A stretch of 64,000 nucleotides of DNA, taken from assembly GCA_964016885.1 (NCBI GenBank), contig OZ024744.1, forward strand, positions 83,700,001 through 83,764,000, read 5' to 3'. Source of the stretch: Eledone cirrhosa (lineage: Eukaryota). Positions 53,436-64,000 of the stretch are shown one piece after another. Position 1 is the first letter of the stretch. Every line of letters starts with the position of its first letter. The translations under genes were made by a program, and so were the position numbers. A model generated the notes under the pieces. It did no database searches. It saw only the letters and a program-made list of their open reading frames with translations, and had not been told where the DNA came from.

Positions 53436-54552
53436 TCAGAGAGATAAAATCAGAGTGTATAGAGGAGCCAGAACCAAATGGGAAAAAATGGTAAATAATG
53501 ACGCAAATGGGACCTGCGCCTTGTATAGGAGCAAATTTTGGAATAGAATAGAAAGAACTAGGAATAAGGCTAATAGAATAAACTCATGGTATGATAGCAA
53601 TAAATACCAGAGTGTAATGTTCATCGATACAAACCCTAAAGGTGAATTAGCTTACAAATTTAGAAGGGCCCTAGATAAACATAAACTCAATATTAAGATA
53701 GTAGAAAGGCCAGGTACCTCCATAAAAACATATATTAGCAAGACATACCAGTTTCAAAGACCTCCCTGTTTAGATAAGAAATGTATAATCTGTAAATTAA
53801 GCCCCCATATTAACTGTAAAACTAGAAATGTAATATATAGCATAAGATGTACTGAAGGACAATGTAGAGATAAAAATATAGTGTACATAGGTGAGACAGC
53901 TCGTAGTATAGGGGAACGGATAAATGAACACTGGCGAGACCTTCAAGATAGTAAAGAATCATCTGTACTCTACCAACATGCTAAAATAGAACATAAGGGT
54001 AAATTAGAGAACATAGAAATAAAAATAGAATCTACACACAGAAAAGACGCAATGTTTAGACAAATCACAGAGGCAATAAATATAAATGAATTACAACCAA
54101 AATTAAATAGAAAACATGAGTGGAACAGCAACATCACAACTTACAATTAAGGACAAAATGAAAACGCACACGCATATAGAACAAACAATCAACCAGTAAC
54201 ATGTAAATAAACAAATAAATAAACGAATATAAACACAAACAGACACCCGGATGTAACACATGCGCAAACTAAGCACACAACACACACACAAACAAGATGG
54301 CGTAGGACAGAACAAAGGCGTGGCACAAAAAACAAAGAAAAGAATCCCCAGTCACTGAAAAGGTCACAGAATGTGTGACGAAAGAACTTTTACAATATAT
54401 AAACAAGCATCTGGTTGTGGAACCAACCAACCAACCAACCGATAATTTATAAATTCCTAAATTTATAAATTTATTATAATAAATTGAAGTGAAAGCTTCT
54501 GATGCGTGTGTTTCTTATTGGCAACATGACCCTCCCAAAGTATAACAATGTA
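53436..54552 (+). mobile_element. 5'-truncated PLE (EN ORF, HHR ~54351-54393, 3' end into (TA)n)
   Basis: GUCA-CUGAAAA-G-GUCACA GAAUG UGUGAC-GAAA-GAAC-UU-UUAC; 3' end atgaccctcccaa shared with 28914, similar at 41264. Confidence 0.8.
53455..54150 (+). CDS. PLE C-terminal fragment: linker plus GIY-YIG endonuclease
   Basis: KIVERPG; C..KCIIC..CKTRNVIYSIRC..VYIGETARSIGERINEH..SVLYQHA..RQITEAININELQPKLNRKHEW. Confidence 0.88.
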   Translation: MYRGARTKWEKMVNNDANGTCALYRSKFWNRIERTRNKANRINSWYDSNKYQSVMFIDTNPKGELAYKFRRALDKHKLNIKIVERPGTSIKTYISKTYQFQRPPCLDKKCIICKLSPHINCKTRNVIYSIRCTEGQCRDKNIVYIGETARSIGERINEHWRDLQDSKESSVLYQHAKIEHKGKLENIEIKIESTHRKDAMFRQITEAININELQPKLNRKHEWNSNITTYN

Positions 54553-54574
54553 TATATATATATATTATCTCTAT

Positions 54575-55609
54575 ATATATAAATGGAAAAGAATGAAACG
54601 ATATGTGTACAGACGCACAGTAGTATGTATATATATATACATACATGCACACATATATATATGTGTACGTAAGGGTTTACCGAACATTTATTATAATGTT
54701 CGGTTTGTTTATAAACAAACAGCCCGAATTTCGCCGTACAGTGCTCGGCAACCATCGTTGCCTTTTTGTTCAACACTGACACAGGAACGATGTACTAGTT
54801 TCAAGCCTATTAGCTATCATCAGCATCGTATACCTTCTGTCAGATGATTGAACGTCTGAAAGTATATACTTTCGTCATGCATATTAACGGCTGAGAAGAC
54901 TAATTTGCATATCGAGTGAGTTAGTCGGCCGGGTATACCGAAAACGATAAATGGAAAAGAATAAATTAAATTTCATTTCTCGCTCTTAGTACGGCTGATA
55001 CCTAAATATAAGTATGTATACGTACATACATATATGTGTACAGACGCACAGTAGTATGTATATATATATACATACATGCACATATATATATATATATATA
55101 TGTGTACGTATGGGTTTACCGAAAATTTATTATAATGTTCGGTTTGTTTGTAAACAAACAACCCGAATTACGCCGTACAGTGCTCGGCATCCATCGTTGC
55201 ACTTTTGTTAACACTGACACAGGAACGATGTACTAGTTTCAAGCTTATTAGCTATCGTCAGCATCGTATACCTTTCTGTCAGATGGTTGAACGTCTGAAA
55301 GTATATACTTTCGTCATGCATATTAACGGCTGAAAAGACTAATTTGCATATCGAGTGAGTTAGGCGGCCGGGTATACCGAAAACGATAAATGTAAAAGGA
55401 TGAAACGAAATTTCATTTCTCACTCTTAGTACGGCTGATACTTAAATATAAGTGTGTATACGTACATACATATATGTGTACAACAAACCGAACATTATAA
55501 AATATGTTCGGTAAACCCATACGTACATATATATATATGTGCATGTATGTATATATATACATACTACTGTGCGTCTGTACACGTATATGCATGTACGTAT
55601 ACATACTTA

Positions 55610-55615
<6 letters not shown>
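54575..55615 (-). mobile_element. Retrozyme-like non-coding tandem (438-bp unit, ~2 copies) with terminal inverted segment 55480-55615
   Basis: HHRs at 54787-54829 and 55225-55267: ACGAUG-CUGA(U/C)GA-UAGCU AAUA (G/A)GCUU-GAAA-CUAG-UA-CAUCGU. Confidence 0.85.
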
Positions 55616-55662
<47 letters not shown>

Positions 55663-56127
55663 TAAAATGTTAACGAATGAAAAATATTCTCATAATCAAT
55701 ATACATATATATATATATTTCCCTGTATGAATAAAAACGTTTTTAGACTTTGATAAGCTAATGTGTAAAGATGTTGACGCAAAATATTGGAATTCGAGTT
55801 CTCCGAAAAGATACATCGGATTAGCGGTTTTACATGCGCTCACTTACATATTAACGAAATACCTGTCAGTTATGTAATAAATATTAATCCTTCGATTGCT
55901 AAATTCGTGTATTCTTGTGATTTATTAATTTCTCTATAAATACTCCAAGAATTTCCTTCATGCTACCTACGGATGATCACCAGATAAAAACTATGGAAAG
56001 CGGTTCATATATTGAGTCAAAAGCCAGTGCATGTTGACATAGTCTTCGATTTAAGGTTACACAACAAATTCAACTAACGGAATCCGATTTCGACTATAAT
56101 ATACATATATGTTTATTATATGTAATT

Positions 56128-56292
56128 ATGGCAGTATCGGTAGAGGGTTGGACGCCATGCTTTCCAGCATAGTTACGTCCCTTTACAGTCAAATCCCGCC
56201 GATGTTAACTTTGCCTTTCATCCTTACGAGGTCGATAAAATAAAGTACCAGTAATGTAATTGCTGGCCTTGTGCCTAAAGTAGAAACAATTA
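56128..56292 (+). mobile_element. tRNA/Nin SINE with small deletions
   Basis: tggcagtatcggtagagggttggacgcc...gtcgataaaataaagtacc...gtagaaacaatta. Confidence 0.88.
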
Positions 56293-57613
56293 TATGTAAT
56301 TATGACATTCTGAGACAAACAACTATTAGCCAATGAGCGTATTAACCAAGCAATAGTCAAAATAATTCAGTATATAGAAACATGTAAACATTATTCAAGA
56401 TAAATAGCTGTCTGAATTTATTTATTATTTCCCTTGGGCGTCGAATTGGGAGTCGTTCGAACGTCAGATAGAATGATTTATGGTATTCCTTCCGGTTCTC
56501 AGCTCTCTGAGTTCAAATCTCACCGAGGTCAATTTGCCTTTCTTCCTTTCGATGTCCTCTATATCTCTTCCTCTCTCTCTCTCTCTCTCACTTTCTATCT
56601 TTCTCGGGAAATAATCAGCTATACTAAGCCCCGGGGAGGGTTAGGCTCCGCCAGGCTTAAAATGTCCAAGAAACACCTTATATCAATACAACGCCCCTAC
56701 CACTCCCCCAGGAATTACGGGACCATACCATACCGTTATCTCCATTGTGTCATTGATATCATATCATACTTACAACTCAGTTTTCTGGCTAAATCTTTAC
56801 TAATTATGTGAGATTCTCCAATTAATTTAAATACTTCTCTAAAAATCTTATAATCTGCCATCTAATACATGAATCTAATTAACTATTATCTTGTTAAGTA
56901 ATTTTACTAATAAAATACTTCTATCGGCAACTAATTGGAAATTTCCTAAATCATGCAAATTTTCTCCAGCAAATAGAAATCAAAAACTTAACCTGATATT
57001 AGTATATTTCAAAAGACTGTATAAAATCTATATAAAATATGTCAGAGGTAAAAAAAGAGTTATTTTAAAATTATATGTATTTTAAAACATCTTATAAAAA
57101 TGATAACATTAAGTGAAAATTAAGATTCCAAGCATATTTTTAAAAATATATATGTATATATATATACCGAACTCGTGCGTAACAATTCTGATACATACAA
57201 ATAGAAAAAAAATGTATATGAACATTTTTCTTTCTCTTTTTTTTTTGTCAACACCAACACAAGATAATGTAGATTTTAACATTTCCCACTGCTCTTTATT
57301 CGATTCTATTTAACAATATTCGGATATTCGGATAAATGTGCTATATTTAGCGACAAGAACGACTGCATAAAGACTCCCTGGCCTCTACAATGATCACTTT
57401 GTTAGTCTTTAGCCCCGGTTCTAACCTGATTGAGCAGACAGTTTATGAAAGGCATTTCAGCCGTGATTATCTGATCTGATTGTTTGTAGAGTATAGAGTT
57501 AATGTGAAGATGTAATCGTTTCCTTTAAGTTAAAATAGTGAGGGAATTTGGCCGTAGTTTCTGGCAGAATTCCCGACGGTGTGTGTATGCTTTTTTGTAA
57601 GGAACTGTCTTAG

Positions 57614-57661
<48 letters not shown>

Positions 57662-57665
<4 letters not shown>

Positions 57666-57880
57666 GATTGCCAGTTTCGGTGGATAGTCGTACACCATGC
57701 TTTGCAGCATAGGGTTACGGCCCATTACGATCTGAGTTCAAATCCCGCTGAGGTTTACTTTGCCTTTCATCCTTACGGGTTCGATAAAATAAAGCACCAG
57801 TAGCGTACTAGGGTCAATCTAATTGACTGCCCCCCAACCAAATTACAGACCATTTGCCTATACTAGAAATCATTATTAAG
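57662..57880 (+). mobile_element. Older, diverged Nin SINE
   Basis: gagttcaaatcccgctgaggtttactttgcctttcatcc..tcgataaaataaagcaccag. Confidence 0.75.
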
Positions 57881-58029
57881 GTGGTTTGAATTGTTATTTT
57901 CGGGACCTATTTCACGAGAGTTATTCTAAAGATTTTCTAAACGTGGAAATTGTTAGGCTATCATCTCTAAATTTCTATTATAGGGTGGTTGAATATGTTA
58001 ATCAGATTTTATAATATTTTTAGTTATGT

Positions 58030-58335
58030 GAAATCGCATGGTTTAGTGGTTAGAGCATTGGGCTTGGAATTGAGAGGTTGTGAGTTCGATTCTCGAACCG
58101 GGTGATGCGTTGTGTCCTTGAGGAAGACACATTATTTTAGCTGTAGAAAAGAGTTGCCATGTCACTGGTGCGAAGCTGTATCGGTCATTGCCTTTCCCTT
58201 AGACATCATCGGTGGGGACTGGTTGCATTGAGGACTATTGGTCTTCCTCAAAAACAAACCTTGTCCAGGTTTGTGCCCCGGAGGGAAACTATCTAGGTGC
58301 AAAACCATAGTTATTCGTTACCGAGTAGGGCTTTC
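58030..58335 (+). mobile_element. Second tRNA-derived SINE family
   Basis: A-box tggtttagtgg, B-box gagttcgattc, central tgtgtccttgaggaagacac. Confidence 0.75.
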
Positions 58336-58504
58336 AATAGTTATAGTTCTATTAGTTTCAGGAGCTCATTACACCATCACGTCATCTTACATCAAAAATG
58401 TTTTTGTTTACATAATTTAGACGGATTAAGTTTTCGTAAAATGCAAAGGGCTTTCTCAGGTGCACAGACACACTTATGTATGTATATATACATATGTGTG
58501 TCTT

Positions 58505-58631
<127 letters not shown>

Positions 58632-58699
58632 GGGGAGGGAGACACTCGTATGGCAAACACGACTATAAAAGAGGGAAACCTCAAGGTAACAGCAACAAA

Positions 58700-59370
<671 letters not shown>

Positions 59371-60143
59371 TTTAAAAAATAATATAAAGAGTAACAACAT
59401 GCAATAATATGTTATAAGAAATATGTAAAAAATATTACACAAATATATTTCCTATGAAAATTACAGATGAAGTATAAGACAAAGAGACTATTAAAAATTG
59501 CGAAAATAATTATGAAATGTATGTGATGTTGTTTTTACATATTATATATATATATATGTGTGTGTGTGTGTATGTATGTGTGTGTTTTTGAGTGTGTATG
59601 TTTGTGTATCTGTTTGTGTGTGTGAGTTTCTGTGTGTGCGTGTGTGTGTGTGAGAGTTTCTGCATTTGCGTGTCTGTGTGTATGTCTGTGTTTGCGTGTC
59701 TGTGTGTGTGTGCGTGAATTGTGTCTGTGTGTATTGGTCTGTAAGTGTGCGAGCATTTGTGTTTGGAAGTTGGCGTATGTGTTTGCTTTGGTCTTTGGAT
59801 ATGTATAGGGAAATGCTTGTATGTTGTGCGTGTGCATGTGTGTGTGCGTGTGCGTGCGTTCATGTGGGTGTATGTGTGTGTGTATGTGTGGGTGGGTGTG
59901 TGTGTGTGCAAATCTCTGAACCTTTTCAAGAAAAGTTTCCCTTTATACAAGAATATCTGTAGTGTCAAATTTTGTGTATATATTTGTATTTTTGTCTTTC
60001 TATGTGTATATAATTATTTGTAGATTACTAGGAAATCAACATCTTAATTGTCTCCAATTTATATGAAAACGATTTATATATATATCTATGCATGTGTGTG
60101 TATATTGTGTATGTATCTATCCATCCATCTCTTTCTCTTTCCT

Positions 60144-60182
<39 letters not shown>

Positions 60183-61349
60183 CTCTCCCTCTCTCTCCCC
60201 TCCCTCTCTCTCTACAGATATACAAATATTATATATATAATCGTCTCCTGAAGAAGTGTTTTAGGTTCGAAATATTTGGACAGGTGACGGACCAACATCT
60301 TAATTGTCTTCAATTTATATCAAAACCATTTTGTTTTGTCGTAGCCTTCAAATAACATACTGTTTTATACGCTAACTCAATGCTTCAGGTAAATTGACAC
60401 ACCCTCTTATATATATTTATATATAGGTTTACGAAGCTATTTGAAGAGAACTCTGGTCGCCATTTACTCACTCAGTGCTATAGCAAGATTCTTTTACGTT
60501 AGAAATACAAACTCGTTACTCACAGTGCTCATAGACGTTAATCACTCAGATAGATGACTACGAGTGGGTAATGATATTTGTATATCGTATATGCATGGAC
60601 TGATAAGCAGTTTCGGAACACTATTCACAGTACTTAGGTAATATCTGAAGACACTACGCAATTTGGTGTTGGATGCACCTCTTCAGCGGGGGATCGCCTC
60701 CCCATAATGGAAAAGTTTGTTTAAACGACTCATGCAAATCCAGTCACTGCTATTACAAGTGTAGCAGTTTTAGGCCTGCTGTATTCATTATCTAGCGATT
60801 CTACTACACAGTTGTTTTGGATAAATACGAAAGTAATATCTAACTTTCATTACTACGCAATTTTGATCTTACTTTGGAAAGAAATCAAAGTATGTATACA
60901 TTTCGTTTTATTTCTAATGAAAAATTCTGCGTATGTTTTCAATATAATTTTTCAATAATGAAGAAATAATTTTAAATCGAGCGTTTCTGACCACCAAGTT
61001 TTCCCATTTCCAGGGATACTCTATCTAAGATATTCAGTTATTTTTATAGTCATCTGCAGTGTGGCGGCGGCTAGAAAGCAAAGAAAAATATTCTCAACCT
61101 TCCACAATCGTGAAAGGGTGTATATATATATAAGTCTGTTGTCTAACTTGTTTTTCCATTGTTTTGGTATTGTATGGCTGGGTTTTGCCTGCTGCAATTT
61201 TCAATATGTCAAGCTATCTAAATGTAATGTTATTACTCTAAGGGCCTACCCTTATTGAGTGCTTTGCTACTCATTCCTAATTGTAGGTTGACTTCGCTTG
61301 GCCGTAGTCAAAGCTTCGATTTTACTAAGCTTCCACTTGTATATATATA

Positions 61350-61601
61350 TCACCTTGATTACCTTGAACGACCAGTCTGTTGGGCGCCAATCGGCGCCGC
61401 TGGTCACAGCACGTCGTGCTGTTTCAGCCATAAGATAACGCCATCCCACTGGCTGGGCGAGCAGGCCGGTACTCTTTCTACACCTGAGTAAACTGGAGCA
61501 ACGTGAAATAAAGTGTCTTGCTCAAGGAAACAACACATCACCCGGTCCGAGAATTGAACTCACAACCTTTCGATTGCAAGCCCAATGCTCTAACCACTAA
61601 G
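61350..61601 (-). mobile_element. SINE with the same head as 58030 but a different body and tail
   Basis: Minus strand: ttagtggttagagcattgggcttgcaatcg..gagttcaattctcggaccgggtg..ccttgagcaagacac. Confidence 0.75.
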
Positions 61602-62739
61602 TCTCAGGCCCGTACAGCAGCACAGACTCCACTACAGCAATGAAGAGGCGGACTTTCAGGTCTTTACGAAGGTCCGATTTCCACACCGATCTCAAGCTGC
61701 TTGATGAAGATCTTACAGGCTTATGGAATCCCCAAGTAGTGGACCTCATATCACTGCTCTACACCAACACCAAAGCCCAAGTCATTACACCTGATGGGAT
61801 GACAGAGTTCTTTGCGATATTGGCTGGAGTGCTCCAGGGAGATACATTGGCTCCCAACCTTTTTATCCTCGTAGTGGACTATTGTATGCGCCTTGCACTG
61901 GAGAAACACCAGGACTCTAGCTTTACTGTAACACCGGCTCAGAGCAGGAGAGTTAAAGCGAAAAAGATATTGGAAGCTGAATTTGCCGACGACATAGTTT
62001 TGGTGACAAACACAGTGAAGGAGGCAGAGGATTTGATGCAGGATATTGAGACTGTGTTGATGAGTGTGGGGCTGAGCATGAATGAGATTAAGACAAAATA
62101 TCTGGTAGAGAATGTTGAGAAGCCAGACGGGAACACTAATGTAGGCGGGGAGCCGCTAGAATTGGTTGAGGACTTCCTGTATTTGGGAGCAAAGATTGGG
62201 AATACGGAAGATGATGTGGTCGAGAGGAAGACAAAGCCTGGGCGGCGTGCCACAGCTTGAGATGGGAGTAGAAGTCAGATCTTCGTAAATACCTGAAGAT
62301 CCGCCTCTTCATTGCTGTAGTGGAGTCTGTGCTGCTGTACGGGTCTGAGATTTGGACACTGACCAAGAAACTCACTCAGATGGTGGATGGGTGCTACACG
62401 AGAATGCTGATGATGGCTCTGAACATTAATCAGTATACACTGAGGATGAAAAACTCAGAGCTGTACGGGAGCCTCCCAAGAGTCAGCTCAAAAGTGACAC
62501 AGGGGTGACTGAGGTTAGCTGGACATTCTGACCGACATCTAGAGTTGGCACTGCACTCAGTGTTCCTGTGGGAGCCCCTGCATGGACACACTGGAAGAGG
62601 AAGACCAAGGTTAACATATGTTGATTCCCTAAGGAGAGACACTGGTCTGATAGAGACGCAGGACATGGCAGTGATAATGAGAGACAGAGATCGCTGGAGA
62701 GAACTCGTCCATGGATCTCGCGAATTTTACCCGCCCTAG
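61602..62739 (+). pseudogene. 5'-truncated RTE-type LINE (RT plus C-terminus) with inverted 5' segment
   Basis: GVLQGDTLAPNLF, EFADDI, FLYLG, ESVLLYGSEIWT, GRPRLTYVD; tail (TAGA)n. Confidence 0.88.
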
Positions 62740-64000
62740 ATAGATAGATAGATAGATATACATAGATAGATAGATTTGTCTGTAACAGTGAGTGAAGGAG
62801 AGTCTGTGTCCGTGTGTATGTGCGTGTGAGTGGTGCCTGTGTGTGAATTTACATATAAATATATATATATGTACAGATACGTGCATACAATATATATACA
62901 TGCATTCATATATACATCCATGCATACTTACAGACATATATACATACATATATGCATACATACATACATACATACATACATACATACATACATACATACA
63001 TACATACATACATACATACATACATACTACTATTTATTGTGTGAGCTAGAGTGCTATTTTGGAAATGTCAGAAAGATTACCTTAGGAAAATGCGTCGTAG
63101 TGGAAGCTCTGTAATATTATCAGAGGTCGGTTTTTGGTGATGTGTTTTGTGTTGTTTTGTATTGAAATGTCGATATTTTAAATGCTAGAACTGTGTGTTA
63201 TGTTGTACTACTGTTGATGTATTATAAAGCATCAATATTTCAGTGTTATGTTTTAGTATTAATGTATTACAAGGCATTCATATTTGTGGTAGTAATGAGC
63301 GTTCTTTATTAGTTACATAGATGTGATGTTACTACAACACTGTTACACATAACAAAACTGTGTTGTTGTCTTTTTTATTTTTTATACAGCTTGTTTTCTG
63401 CGTTTGTCCAAAATCAATGTAACCTGTAGCTAAATGAACGTTGTTTCATATTTTATTCAATATTGTAATTATTAGCAAATACTTCGCCTTCAACCTTTGA
63501 CCATTGCTATTGTGTATTTTACATCAATAATCGAACAGTTTAGTCCTATCTTAACTGGTGGAAAATATATCTGTAGATTTCCCACTAATGAACATTTGTT
63601 TTGCATTCATTTTTATCGTGCATAACGGGATACTTTTGTGAGTATGTCTGAATTTGTGGAAAATTGTGCATATATATATATATATATGTATATATACACA
63701 CATGTATATATATACACACACATACATATATATATACACACCGACACACACACACATACACACGCGCGCATATATATATATATATATATACATTATCTTT
63801 CTTTTTTAATAATATGAATTATTCCAAAAATTAAAAACAAGCTGCAATGCTGAAATTTATATATCAACAACGGGGAAAATTACATATTGAACTTTAGACG
63901 AGTCTTGCTTATCTTCTTACAATACAGTTTACAGGGGAAAATTTCCGGAGAAAATGCGTGTTACTTTTTCGCCTGAAAACCCAAACTTTTCCTGTTTACG

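Noticed and set aside
58030-58105. tRNA gene
   Set aside because: A/B boxes continue into a SINE body and no acceptor stem forms
60240-60292. HHR-like CUGAAGA...GAAA
   Set aside because: Stems II and III and the NUH site cannot be paired convincingly

Overview
AT-rich, microsatellite-saturated eukaryotic DNA. It is probably octopus, inferred from the tRNA/Nin-domain SINE family, and no host gene is recognisable. Almost all non-microsatellite sequence is retroelement-derived: three co-oriented L1/Tx1-type LINEs chained with SINEs in (ATT)n tracts (12.9-24 kb), RTE-type and R4-like LINE fragments, about a dozen SINEs, and many Penelope-like element (PLE) derivatives in (TA)n tracts, often as hairpins. 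The largest PLE (29.3-40.1 kb) has an open RT + GIY-YIG frame and ~4.4-kb near-identical inverted arms. The main hidden signal is more than 20 type-I hammerhead ribozyme (HHR) motifs found by eye, mostly near PLE or PLE-like 3' ends. Several have large insertions in stem II or III. Three element types carry a swapped U3-A8 core (UUGANAA instead of CUGANGA). One of these is a non-coding ~0.6-kb partial-tandem family whose two diverged copies show stem covariation. There is also a retrozyme-like 438-bp tandem unit. Nearly all short ORFs in the track are microsatellite artefacts. All RNA structures are manual pairings and have not been computed or tested.
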